IMG/VR virus record: IMGVR_UViG_3300027881_000014
Location: 1-59,405 of that record
Source: a virus
Taxonomy: Duplodnaviria; Caudoviricetes
Reading direction: 5' to 3' (one strand)
DNA length: 59,405 nucleotides
In this document: one piece after another, positions 19,784 to 29,275 of the stretch
How positions within the stretch are numbered: position 1 is the first letter of the stretch
Layout: every line of letters starts with the position of its first letter
Made by a program: the position numbers and the translations under genes
The notes under the pieces: generated by a model
The model's input: the letters and a program-made list of their open reading frames with translations, nothing else
The model's database searches: none
Told to the model about the DNA's origin: nothing

Positions 19784-21097
19784 TTATTCTATAAGCGCCC
19801 GTAATTGAGCCGACATTGTCTCTCTGAGATCAACGTCTGTGATTTCTGTGAACACGCCTAATCCTGCGTCTACCTTCATGGGTAGCCAAAAGGATTCAGC
19901 GAACCTCGTTTTCTCTGCTATTAGATAGTATTGATCGGCTTCGATAGTATCAAAACCATAATACTTACCTGGATAATAGCTAAAGAATATATACGAAGAT
20001 AATTGTTTAATTAAACCAGACCATTCTATATCAGAGATAGTCGGTTTCATAACCCTCCTTTGTTCTACGCCTTTCTTAACCTGAGACAAGATAATGCCTA
20101 CAGATTTAGTAGCTAACGCTAATCCTTGTAGATTACGCATGTTCTGCCCAATTTGGATATTGTAGTCTGAACTGCTATTGGCGTGTCTTGCAAATTCAAG
20201 TAATTGGATGAAATCCAAAAACCATACGTCGAAACGATGGGTCATTTGAATCTTGGCTATATCAGCTACTCCAGAAAAAGAATTAGGGTTAATTATTCTG
20301 ATTCGATTACTTGCCCATGGTTCCACTTCCATCATTTTCTTACGAACGAATTCTTTATCATATTGTTGACTAAAGATTAGTGGAGTGGGAATCCCACAGA
20401 TGCGGGCTATTTGCTTTTTCATAAGATCGGTTGCTAACATTTCCTTAGAGAAAATGGCGACCTTGATCTTTGGATTTCTTTCAGCCATCTGGAATGCTTT
20501 ATCTAAAGCAAAGGTAGTCTTAAGATGCCCAGAATCACCTGCTACAGTAATTATCATACCGCGTGCATAACCACCTATAAAGCGATCTATTAGTTCATAA
20601 CCTGTACTTAATATATCACTTCTGTCCTCTGAGAGAACTTTATCTAATAGTTCTTGATTTGTTTCTAATTGAGTGCGAGCTGTTAAGTTCATCAATTGAT
20701 TCTGCCCCTTTAGGGCAACCTCAAATGGATCATCACCACGAGCTATCTCGTTTCTGATGTCATCACCCATTTTGACTAACGCTCTACGTTGTTTTCTATC
20801 GAGTAAGATTTCAATGTATGCGTTTAGCTCTGTTTCTGTTACAAACTCCTCGATGTCTTTGATGTCTTTCCATTCTAAAGTCGTATGACCTCTAGCTTGG
20901 ATTCTATCCCAGAGAACTATCTTATCGAAGACTCTCATACTTTTGATATTTTCAAATATGTTTTGAAATGCACTTGATTCGAAATATTCGGGTTCAATAA
21001 TTGTGCAGGTCTGAAGTTTCTTCTCTGCATCAATTGCGGGATTAAGCAGGTAACCAAGTATGGCTTCTTCTGCTTCCCAACTTGCGAGTTCAATCAT
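19784..21097 (-). CDS. dnaB: Replicative DnaB-like helicase
   Basis: N-terminal EAEEAILG; Walker A variant AGDSGHLKTT; FSKEM; LDFIQL; LSQV; PTISDIEWSG.IKQ; AEKTR. Confidence 0.85.
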   Translation of the reverse strand: MIELASWEAEEAILGYLLNPAIDAEKKLQTCTIIEPEYFESSAFQNIFENIKSMRVFDKIVLWDRIQARGHTTLEWKDIKDIEEFVTETELNAYIEILLDRKQRRALVKMGDDIRNEIARGDDPFEVALKGQNQLMNLTARTQLETNQELLDKVLSEDRSDILSTGYELIDRFIGGYARGMIITVAGDSGHLKTTFALDKAFQMAERNPKIKVAIFSKEMLATDLMKKQIARICGIPTPLIFSQQYDKEFVRKKMMEVEPWASNRIRIINPNSFSGVADIAKIQMTHRFDVWFLDFIQLLEFARHANSSSDYNIQIGQNMRNLQGLALATKSVGIILSQVKKGVEQRRVMKPTISDIEWSGLIKQLSSYIFFSYYPGKYYGFDTIEADQYYLIAEKTRFAESFWLPMKVDAGLGVFTEITDVDLRETMSAQLRALIE

Positions 21098-21465
21098 TAT
21101 ATGCTTTTACCTAGGTTAGAGTTTTTTATTTTGTCGAAGTCCTTATTATACTTCTTTGTAGCCCATTTGTCAAGGTCTTCGGTGTATAATCTTCTGCATA
21201 TTGCTACAAAGTAATTTGGATGCGGTGCTAATTTTTGCTTCATTGCCGCCTCCTTATACAACTTGAAGGCCTCTTCTACAAATTGTCGATTAATGTAGTT
21301 GATCTTTTTGGTCGTCTCAAGTTGCCGTCCTTTCTTTAAACTATAATGGCGAGACTTCCTATGTAGTTCAAAGACTTCATGTACGACATCAGCGTGCCGA
21401 AGCACGCCGTCATCGTAGAAAAGTGACTTATTAGAATGGGGCATCAGTTGCTTTCTGGTCATCAC
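21097..21465 (-). CDS. Possible DnaD/replication-initiator C-terminal-like protein
   Basis: Helical, with PHPNYFVAICRRL resembling the DnaD/DnaB_2 Y-x-x-x-I motif; immediately upstream of the helicase. Confidence 0.35.
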   Translation of the reverse strand: MMTRKQLMPHSNKSLFYDDGVLRHADVVHEVFELHRKSRHYSLKKGRQLETTKKINYINRQFVEEAFKLYKEAAMKQKLAPHPNYFVAICRRLYTEDLDKWATKKYNKDFDKIKNSNLGKSI

Positions 21466-22153
21466 GCTTTAGATATTCATTATAAATAGCCAAAGCAAGT
21501 GCTTCCGGAACGCTTCCATGCTCGCCATCGAGAGAAGGTTTGCCCTTTTCCCATTTGGTTATCTTCACATTAGGATATTTCTCACCCTCTGCAGGGGGAG
21601 TACTCACACGATACAGGCTAGTCGTAAGCCCTACGAATGGCTTCTCAAACGAACCATCTTCCTCTACGGGTAGCGCGAGGTCTTGTGAAAGTCCAAACAT
21701 AAACATATCCACTAGATACTCATCGACAAGAGCATCTTTTTCTACTTCAGTTTTGTCTTCCCAGTCTTCAACTTTAGTTGCAAGTAAGGTGGTAGCGTAC
21801 TCTTCGGTAAGCTTTTCCTTAGAAATCTGGAACCATTTACCTGTTTTAGGATTAATAAAACGGTAATCGTTCTGAGGTCCACGGAATTTTGTACCAATCA
21901 TACTGCGTTTTCCGTTAGGGAATTCAACTTTATAACCAGCCTCGGATTCAGTAGCAGTAACGAGTTCAACCTTATTTCCATTATCGTCTTCATAAGAAGT
22001 CATAAGGAATGTTCCTACAATACCATTTCTAACACCTTTGTTTTTGGGGTGAACCATTTTAACAAGAGTGAACTTACCTTTGCAGGTAGCTGGTATTGCG
22101 GTCGAATTCAAGTTATCGCCTAATTCCCAGGGGTTAATCTGTAAATTTGTCAT
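21431..22153 (-). CDS. Putative single-stranded DNA-binding protein
   Basis: Acidic C-terminal tail ending DDQKATDAPF (SSB-like); adjacent to the annealing protein. Confidence 0.45.
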   Translation of the reverse strand: MTNLQINPWELGDNLNSTAIPATCKGKFTLVKMVHPKNKGVRNGIVGTFLMTSYEDDNGNKVELVTATESEAGYKVEFPNGKRSMIGTKFRGPQNDYRFINPKTGKWFQISKEKLTEEYATTLLATKVEDWEDKTEVEKDALVDEYLVDMFMFGLSQDLALPVEEDGSFEKPFVGLTTSLYRVSTPPAEGEKYPNVKITKWEKGKPSLDGEHGSVPEALALAIYNEYLKRDDQKATDAPF

Positions 22154-22872
22154 TATAATTTTACCTTATTTTTATCATTTGATTTGTCTCGATCTAAATA
22201 GAGTTGCCATTTGTCGAGAAATTCCGCCCAATCAGTGCCCAGTACTTCCCATTGAGAAGTAAATTTCTGAGCCATGGTGGGGGACTCTTTACGGATTTCG
22301 CCTAACATTGACGTATACCGTTTGCGCTCATCATCGTTAGGTAAGGATTCACGCTTCTGATAGACATCAGCCGCGATTCCAAAACGTGATTGCGCGTTCT
22401 TAATAGCGTTGGTAAGAGCGGCCTTAACGTTATTAGACATGTCAATGACATCTCTAAATCCAGGCTCTACCACGCCTCTACTCACTTGAATACGTGCTGC
22501 GCCTGCGCCCAACTCCGTATTCCCTGTTATTCTGTTTTTCAATGATACATAACATATCACCCATCCGAGCTCGATACTTTGGTTAAGTAACTTAAACTCG
22601 TACAGGGGTATGTTTTCTTTGCTTTCATGATCCATCCAAGAGCTGGCTACATAATCATAGCCATCTGGTCTCTTATTAACCTTTTCTTTCGGTGTTTTCC
22701 TATCGTAAGGTGCAGAAATATATTTTTGCAACTCTCTTTCTAGGGATTCCACTATTGTGATATTTGCAAGAGCTTCGATAAGTTCAGTTGATGATTTACT
22801 TCGGCTGAATCCCACATCAGTGGGTTTTGACTCAGCTTGTTTGGTTTCATGATCGGTGGGTTTAGTTACCAT
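22153..22872 (-). CDS. Rad52/Rad22-family (Sak-like) single-strand annealing protein
   Basis: KRPDGYDYV and KAALTNAIKNAQSRFGIAADVY motifs. Confidence 0.75.
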   Translation of the reverse strand: MVTKPTDHETKQAESKPTDVGFSRSKSSTELIEALANITIVESLERELQKYISAPYDRKTPKEKVNKRPDGYDYVASSWMDHESKENIPLYEFKLLNQSIELGWVICYVSLKNRITGNTELGAGAARIQVSRGVVEPGFRDVIDMSNNVKAALTNAIKNAQSRFGIAADVYQKRESLPNDDERKRYTSMLGEIRKESPTMAQKFTSQWEVLGTDWAEFLDKWQLYLDRDKSNDKNKVKL

Positions 22873-23458
22873 GATCCAGTTCTCCGTAATCTAAATTATC
22901 AAAAAAGTTAGATAGATTGTGATCTGCTTCCTTAGGTGATAGTTTGATCTTGGCAAATATGTCTTGGTCGCCCGTACCCAGTGAACACGACCCGGACTTT
23001 ATACGGCTATTGCGTTTAGCTCCAGCCATGAGACCTTGACGGTCAGGGTTCAGCGTTACACCGACTCCGAGTACCACATCGGATAATTCCCCACGATCAG
23101 GCTTATTAAGCCAGTCTTCACCGGAACTTGTCTTACTGCACTGGGGGCAAGACTCCACATAAACATATTTATCTCTGAACACGAGCACACCGTATTGGAG
23201 AGGCGATGGCTCGATTGCATGAATGTTCGTACACGAATCGCATATTACTGCATAGTTTCCCTTATCCGAGAGAGCGGAATGATGGCGGTCGCAAAGACCA
23301 GTGCCTACTTCAGGTATACTATTTAACGTGACATTGCATTCATTTACCTCGCATTTAAGTTCTTTCATGGCGGTAGGGATTAATGTTTTATAAAAAATAG
23401 ATGTATTAGAGAGAATACACGATTGGGTTACCACTCGGCTTATTCGTTCCCCATCCAT
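22862..23458 (-). CDS. Cys-rich zinc-binding hypothetical protein
   Basis: CEVNEC, LCDRH, CDSC, CPQC. Confidence 0.5.
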   Translation of the reverse strand: MDGERISRVVTQSCILSNTSIFYKTLIPTAMKELKCEVNECNVTLNSIPEVGTGLCDRHHSALSDKGNYAVICDSCTNIHAIEPSPLQYGVLVFRDKYVYVESCPQCSKTSSGEDWLNKPDRGELSDVVLGVGVTLNPDRQGLMAGAKRNSRIKSGSCSLGTGDQDIFAKIKLSPKEADHNLSNFFDNLDYGELDHGN

Positions 23459-23897
23459 CTCTATCTATAGTTCCGTACGGCGCATATTCTTTCTGAATCT
23501 GAACTTCAGAGGCCCAGCTCCAGCATGGCGCATATACGTAACGGGGTTGGCTATAAGTGCATGCACACTCATAACGAGAGTTGTCGTATGCTTTAGCAAA
23601 AGAAATGAGTTCTGCCATTGCAATATCAACATCCTTCATGATCGCATTTCTAGTATGGTTGCCCATAATGTTCCAGGTACGATCAATACGATTATCTCTT
23701 GAGGAATTGGCACCTCTTAAGAATATTCGTTTTGAGACTACTTTCAATTCCGGGCTGTTCTTGATCTTTATCTTCCAGCCATTAGAAGTTAGGAAGGAGC
23801 CACCAACCGAAGCGATGGCATCCTCAATAACTGAATCCTGTGAAAGGATTTGGAAAGTGAAAGCACGCTCATACGGTGTTAATTTATATCTTAACAT
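23406..23897 (-). CDS. Hypothetical protein, paralog family A
   Basis: Shares YKL...A..FQ.L.Q...F...G.K......PE......IFLRG with 23922-24410. Confidence 0.6.
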   Translation of the reverse strand: MLRYKLTPYERAFTFQILSQDSVIEDAIASVGGSFLTSNGWKIKIKNSPELKVVSKRIFLRGANSSRDNRIDRTWNIMGNHTRNAIMKDVDIAMAELISFAKAYDNSRYECACTYSQPRYVYAPCWSWASEVQIQKEYAPYGTIDRDGWGTNKPSGNPIVYSL

Positions 23898-23921
23898 ATA
23901 TGAATTTACTCCTACTTTGTT

Positions 23922-24410
23922 TTACGCAATTATAATCTTTATTTCACGATTTTTATTACGTGTTGGATATGAGCGTTTATAACTACGAACGTTAACTGTA
24001 TCACCATACACCTGGGCATTACCTAATACGTTAACTGGAGTAGCTGTACTCAGCTCTTTAACTGTGTCAACAAGCTCTTGTATTGTTTGGATAAACAACT
24101 CATGAGCGTTGTCGCGCTGCATCTTGCCAACGAAACGTGTGACATCAGGCTTAAAATCATTAGTTTTGTCACTACCACGCAAGAAAATGGTATTTTTGGA
24201 AATTTTAAATTCCGGTTTAGCTGACAATTCAACCTTGAATCCAGTTGAAGGAGACAAGAAAGTATTGTTAGCAAGGAAAGCAGTAACATCAGGAGACTGG
24301 TCTAAGACCTGAAACACTAATGCATTAGTATGCTTATCCAACTTGTAGCTTACCTTCGTTTGAAAGATAGGCATATAGCCACATAGATACTGCACATTGT
24401 TGTAGAACAT
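23922..24410 (-). CDS. Hypothetical protein, paralog family A
   Basis: See 23406-23897; SD GAAAGGA upstream. Confidence 0.6.
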   Translation of the reverse strand: MFYNNVQYLCGYMPIFQTKVSYKLDKHTNALVFQVLDQSPDVTAFLANNTFLSPSTGFKVELSAKPEFKISKNTIFLRGSDKTNDFKPDVTRFVGKMQRDNAHELFIQTIQELVDTVKELSTATPVNVLGNAQVYGDTVNVRSYKRSYPTRNKNREIKIIIA

Positions 24411-24792
24411 ATAGTATCCTTTCTATTAGTTGATGATTATTTAATGAACCTCACACTATCTAAGGTGGGATTCCTTGGTGATAATGTTTGATTGTGCCTT
24501 ACGGCATAAAAATTTCTCTCCTGAATGCCTTTCCTTCTGACTAGACATCTACCCGCATGCTTTCATACTAAGGATATATAGCAGTGTCGACCACACTCGC
24601 TTTGCCTTCCGGCTACTGGTTTACGGCCAGATTTTGGTTCGTTCGTATTACGCTAATGAATAGCACCGAACAGGCGTGAGATACACCATAAACGGAGTGT
24701 GCAAAGTAACTACGTTACCTGCACATTAAAAACATTGCACCTCACCTGAAATCAATCAAGAATATTGGTGCAAAGTTGAGGACAACAATAAG

Positions 24793-24866
24793 TACTCCAC
24801 AGATGACTCGAACATCCAACCTCAGCATCCGTAATGCTGCGCTCTATCCAATTGAGCTAATGGAGC
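24793..24866 (-). tRNA. tRNA-Arg(ACG), CCA not encoded
   Basis: GCTCCAT TA GCTC AATTGGATA GAGC G CAGCA TTACGGA TGCTG AGGTT GGATG TTCGAGT CATCT GTGGAGT A: complete cloverleaf. Confidence 0.9.
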
Positions 24867-25113
24867 ATAAATCCGTTCACTTAACCGAGGAACGGCCAAT
24901 CTCGTTGTTATATAAATATGGTCATTCTCGAAATATGTATAAATACATTGGGCCTAGAATACGCACAGTAAAAGGTTTTGGACGTCTTAAACCATGTCCC
25001 TCCGTGATGCTTCGTTAGTTACCTTCTGGGCTTCCAACCTTGTAAACTGCGGTTCATTTAACACGGGACCTGAACCAAAGTCCGATATGAGTTAAACCAT
25101 TCACGGTGAAACC

Positions 25114-25527
25114 CTAATCCTCATCTAATTTCCACTGAAACCACAGGCTGCTGTCTGAAAATCCCAGGAATACTGCGTGGATAAGTTCACTTACAGTTTG
25201 ATTAATTGCGCGACTCAGGCTGAGTTTCTCTTCCTCAGACCTACAGAGTATAGCGACTTGTGAATAACAGTCTTTCGACGTAGTGCTGTAAAAGCCTGAT
25301 AGGTATCCCTTGATGGGTGCCTCTCTTACAGTCGTATATGTAAAACAATCCATTGGAACGACTCGCATTCCGTTAGATGCCTCGAAAAATACCTGTTCCT
25401 TCAAGAAATCTCCGATTTCCTTACAGAAATGAGTAATTTGAAGGCTTAAAACCAGGGGTGTTGTCATGTCAATGTACATTGTGAGTGCATAATCCGAGGT
25501 ATGAATCATTTTCTTTTGTTTTTTCAT
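25114..25527 (-). CDS. Hypothetical protein, distant member of paralog family A
   Basis: LQI...FL....FFEASNGMRV...YLSG...INQTVSELI aligns loosely with the other two members. Confidence 0.5.
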   Translation of the reverse strand: MKKQKKMIHTSDYALTMYIDMTTPLVLSLQITHFCKEIGDFLKEQVFFEASNGMRVVPMDCFTYTTVREAPIKGYLSGFYSTTSKDCYSQVAILCRSEEEKLSLSRAINQTVSELIHAVFLGFSDSSLWFQWKLDED

Positions 25528-25536
25528 GTTTTCCTC

Positions 25537-25565
25537 TTGACTTTTGATGAAAAATGTATTATCTT
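25537..25565 (+). promoter_or_regulatory. Candidate sigma70-type promoter
   Basis: TTGACT-17 nt-TATCTT facing the early region, antisense to 25606-25806. Confidence 0.4.
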
Positions 25566-25605
25566 ACCAGCGAACCTCGCGTCACAAAAGACGTGTAGTT
25601 AATCT

Positions 25606-25806
25606 TTAAGGTCCTCTTAGCATTCCATACATTATCTGTTCTGTTGTATCTATTATCCAAGGCAAAACCTTGCCAATAGCTACAAATACAGATATTATGA
25701 TAGGTTCTGGTTTGACATAAGGACTGTTTGAGAATGGCGCAGGTGTTATCCACATCCAATATACCCAAATCAGAAATGATGCAATCCAGTATTTGATTAA
25801 GTTCAT
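25606..25806 (-). CDS. Small membrane protein
   Basis: MNLIKYWIASFLIWVYWMW... with SD AAAGGAG; two hydrophobic stretches. Confidence 0.45.
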   Translation of the reverse strand: MNLIKYWIASFLIWVYWMWITPAPFSNSPYVKPEPIIISVFVAIGKVLPWIIDTTEQIMYGMLRGP

Positions 25807-26221
25807 ATTTGATTTTTCTCCTTTACTTAAAAATTTGAAAAAATAAGCGAACAATAGTAATAAGTACTTAGCTTTCTTACCATCCTTTCATCCCTTAACA
25901 GACTTTGAAAAAAATTGGGCGCAAATGTATGCCGTCTATTTGTTTAAGAGTATCCTGCCGTACAACCTTCAACCCCCCCTATCGTTTGATCCTTAGGTTA
26001 TGCCTATCATTGGTAAGCACATTCTATCGTAATGCTTGTAGATATCACATACTATAGGCATATGTAGTATACACCATACATTATACAGCATACTCTATTA
26101 CTTATCACACACACACACGTGGGGATGATATCAATTGAATATAAAGCACACAGTACACTTGCACATCCATTACAGGTAGAGCGTATGATATGTTATGTTA
26201 TGCGCTTATTACTACTAATTA

Positions 26222-26560
26222 GTGGTAATAAACCATATCATTAATAACCTTACATCGGAGTACATTATGAAATCATTACCAACCATCATAGCTGAATCAG
26301 TCAACAGCTTCCACGGACCTCAACCAATAGAAGACTCACAGTATAATTACTTTCTATCCAGCCTGCTCTATAAACTCATACAACCTATGTTGCAAGATGA
26401 GAAAGCTAATTATACTGAATACGATGAGGACATACATCAAACATCACGACATTATCACTACTGGGACAACGGTGTAATGATAGTGGAAACTGATACTGAT
26501 GTCATAGTATGGACAGAGGTATTCATCAATGGTGTTTGTATCCTAAGGTTTGATGACTGA
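26222..26560 (+). CDS. Early hypothetical protein (start probably at MKSLPT)
   Basis: First plus-strand ORF; GGAG precedes the internal ATG. Confidence 0.5.
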   Translation: MVINHIINNLTSEYIMKSLPTIIAESVNSFHGPQPIEDSQYNYFLSSLLYKLIQPMLQDEKANYTEYDEDIHQTSRHYHYWDNGVMIVETDTDVIVWTEVFINGVCILRFDD

Positions 26561-26671
26561 TAGAAACACAATTGATGATAAACCATCAGAGTGCATCGTT
26601 ACCATTCAAACACAGCTTGGGTTGCACTCACTAACCACATTAATCAATCACTAATCATAAGAGGTAATACA

Positions 26672-26770
26672 ATGATAGTATTAGAGGCTATCTTCTGCAT
26701 CGTTGTCTTCTTAGTAGTATTTCGTTGGTTTAAAAAGACAGATGATAAATACACATCAAACACTAAGTAA
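26672..26770 (+). CDS. 32-aa single-TM peptide
   Basis: MIVLEAIFCIVVFLVVFRWFKKTDDKYTSNTK; SD AAGAGG. Confidence 0.5.
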   Translation: MIVLEAIFCIVVFLVVFRWFKKTDDKYTSNTK

Positions 26771-26779
26771 GGAATAATA

Positions 26780-26860
26780 ATGAGACACATCTTATCAGGG
26801 TTAGGTATGGCATTAACAATCACATTAATCATAATCACAATCATAGGAGTATTAATATGA
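26780..26860 (+). CDS. 26-aa hydrophobic peptide
   Basis: MRHILSGLGMALTITLIIITIIGVLI; SD TAAGGA. Confidence 0.45.
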   Translation: MRHILSGLGMALTITLIIITIIGVLI

Positions 26861-26912
26861 GTAGATACGGTTGGAACAACAGAATGAAGACAAGGCGCTT
26901 CAAAGGTTACAT

Positions 26913-27011
26913 ATGGATGTATTAAGCCTTCACATTAGCAAACTATCATACATTTTAATAGTAGTGATGATAGGTCTTTGGTACATTAGATTTGTTGTCA
27001 AACGATTCTAA
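26913..27011 (+). CDS. 32-aa single-TM peptide
   Basis: MDVLSLHISKLSYILIVVMIGLWYIRFVVKRF; SD AAAGG. Confidence 0.4.
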   Translation: MDVLSLHISKLSYILIVVMIGLWYIRFVVKRF

Positions 27012-27132
27012 GTTATGTCACTTATTACTATTACTAACGTTGTTTACTCCGATTAACAACAGAGTACGTGTCCTTTGAAACTCAATTAGGAGCGTACTCA
27101 CTAATTCATTAACTAATCAAGAAAGGCGTACT

Positions 27133-27447
27133 ATGCACATCTTCGTACAATGCTATGAGTGTAAGAAGAAATTTGAGTACATCCTACCAAGTAGTATAAC
27201 TACATTGAAACACTTACATCAACTCAAGAAGAGTCAAAAGTTTCAATGTATGGACTGTACTCCAACAGCAATGCCACAAGACACTATTGCACAAGGTGAC
27301 TTGCTTACTGGTATGATACACCTTACAACCTGCGAAACAGGACATATAAATGGTTTAGCTTATAATTGTATAAGATGTACCAGTTCATATGTTGAGGGCA
27401 TCGACGGGTTGTGGGGATGGTGTATGTTTTGTGCAACCTGTAACTAA
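27133..27447 (+). CDS. Zinc-finger early protein
   Basis: CYEC, CMDC, CIRC, CMFC; SD GAAAGG. Confidence 0.55.
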   Translation: MHIFVQCYECKKKFEYILPSSITTLKHLHQLKKSQKFQCMDCTPTAMPQDTIAQGDLLTGMIHLTTCETGHINGLAYNCIRCTSSYVEGIDGLWGWCMFCATCN

Positions 27448-27469
27448 TCATTCACAAACAGGAGTTTGT

Positions 27470-27601
27470 ATGGATAGTCAGAGCATCATATCACTTATAG
27501 TAGTGGTATTCTTTGTCGTACTCGCATTTTGGGCTTATTGGCAATATGATCATAAGCATAATAAACGTGAGTTCAACAAGATGTTTAAGAAAGACAAGTA
27601 A
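27470..27601 (+). CDS. 43-aa single-TM peptide
   Basis: MDSQSIISLIVVVFFVVLAFWAYWQY...; SD AGGAG. Confidence 0.55.
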   Translation: MDSQSIISLIVVVFFVVLAFWAYWQYDHKHNKREFNKMFKKDK

Positions 27602-27701
27602 TGAACGCTACGCTTATGAAAGCAATGCACTTATTACTATTGTCTGCAATTTTAACCTCGCACAAAGTGAGGTAAATCATTAAATTAATCAAGAGGTCAC
27701 A

Positions 27702-28136
27702 ATGGACGAGGCAAAACGCAAGTTACAGATAGAGAAAGCTACTAAGTTTATTACATCTATCGGTACCGGTGAAGTAGAGCCTTGGGATGGAAATAAAGGC
27801 CCAATGGTATCCTACTTCTTGAAAAACAAAGGACAGACTGCTGGCCCTAAAGGTCATAAGACCCAAGCAGATTTCGTAAGAGCATTATTAGTTTCACTTA
27901 AAGGAACAGGCTTTTACATACGTTTCAACTTCAACCTTCCAGACGGTTCTGGCGGTATGAAGAATGCACACGGCACATTAATATCTGTTAGTAAGGATAA
28001 CAACCTTACATTTGCTTGCCGTGATAGGATCAAAGCATCATTCACAACTGAGGTAGACAAAGTTGAATTGAATGCAGATGTTGAAGATCTAATCCCTTCT
28101 GACGAAGTTGCAGAGGAAATAGACTTAGAAGTCTAA
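27702..28136 (+). CDS. Hypothetical protein with acidic tail
   Basis: 144 aa; SD AAGAGG; followed by a terminator. Confidence 0.6.
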   Translation: MDEAKRKLQIEKATKFITSIGTGEVEPWDGNKGPMVSYFLKNKGQTAGPKGHKTQADFVRALLVSLKGTGFYIRFNFNLPDGSGGMKNAHGTLISVSKDNNLTFACRDRIKASFTTEVDKVELNADVEDLIPSDEVAEEIDLEV

Positions 28137-28162
28137 GCGAGGCACAACAAACAACAATTAAT

Positions 28163-28191
28163 GCGAGCCCTAACTAAGGGCTTGCTTTTTT
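28163..28191 (+). terminator. Rho-independent terminator
   Basis: GCGAGCCCT-AACTA-AGGGCTTGC plus T6. Confidence 0.75.
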
Positions 28192-28245
28192 AGCTTTGTT
28201 ACAGTATATGGCTCGTCCTCTCTTTTCATCAACATAGGGATCATT

Positions 28246-29271
28246 ATGGCAAAGAAATCAACAGGCGATGGCGTAGAACATCGCAGAAGGTTGCGAGAAT
28301 ATCAAAAGACTAACAAAGAACTCAGGGAAGACCTGAACAGTGCTAACGCTGAACTCAAATTAGTCAGTGAAATGAATAAGTATTATGAGAGTAATGCTAA
28401 CACACTACGTACTATGAAGGCTATCAAGGTTGATAGAACCAAGCCTAAGAAAGAAGAGCAAGGTACGGTCATTTCATTGTTAAGTGATATTCACGCAGAA
28501 AGTAAGATTACATTAGAGCAGACAAATGGATTTAACAAGTTCAACCCAGGAATATGTGAGCAAAGGTTAGAACATTATTTTAAGAATTTCATTACATTAG
28601 TTAAACTCACACGACGTGGGATTACTCTTGATAACTGTGTTATTGGTTTATTAGGTGATATTATACACGGTTTTATTCACGAGGAATACCTACGTACAAA
28701 TTATATGACACCCGTGCAAGCATCTATTTGGATAACAGATATTCTTGTAGAGGGTTTTAAATTCATATTAGAGCACGGCAAGTTTAGAAATATTACAGTT
28801 ATATGTAAGATAGGTAACCATTCACGGACAACAAACAAGATTTATAGTGATGAAGAAGCACTACATTCATACGAATGGGCTATTTATAATGCATTAGCTA
28901 AAGCAATACCAGAGATTAAGTGGGTGATCAGCGAATCATATTTTACATATCTTAAAGTATATGATAAGATGTTAAGATTCCATCACGGCCACGCTTTCAG
29001 ATATATGGGTGGTATTGGTGGCATTTATATTCCTTTAATGCGATTTATTGCCAAAGTTAATAGGCAGATAAAGGCTGATATGGATTTTATTGGACATTGG
29101 CATACGCGAGACGCACTCTCGTCTGGGGCGTGTATAATGAATGGAAGTATATGTGGAGCCAATCCATATTCTATTCGCTTAGGTTTTCCCGCAGAGGAGC
29201 CTACGCAACAATTTCAAATATTAGATTCCAACCGTGGTTTTACTATCAATGCTCCCATAGTATTGGAGTAA
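28246..29271 (+). CDS. Calcineurin-like metallophosphoesterase with N-terminal coiled coil
   Basis: LSDIH, LGDIIHG, GNH, HHGH, GHWH motifs. Confidence 0.8.
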   Translation: MAKKSTGDGVEHRRRLREYQKTNKELREDLNSANAELKLVSEMNKYYESNANTLRTMKAIKVDRTKPKKEEQGTVISLLSDIHAESKITLEQTNGFNKFNPGICEQRLEHYFKNFITLVKLTRRGITLDNCVIGLLGDIIHGFIHEEYLRTNYMTPVQASIWITDILVEGFKFILEHGKFRNITVICKIGNHSRTTNKIYSDEEALHSYEWAIYNALAKAIPEIKWVISESYFTYLKVYDKMLRFHHGHAFRYMGGIGGIYIPLMRFIAKVNRQIKADMDFIGHWHTRDALSSGACIMNGSICGANPYSIRLGFPAEEPTQQFQILDSNRGFTINAPIVLE

Positions 29272-29275
29272 CAGA

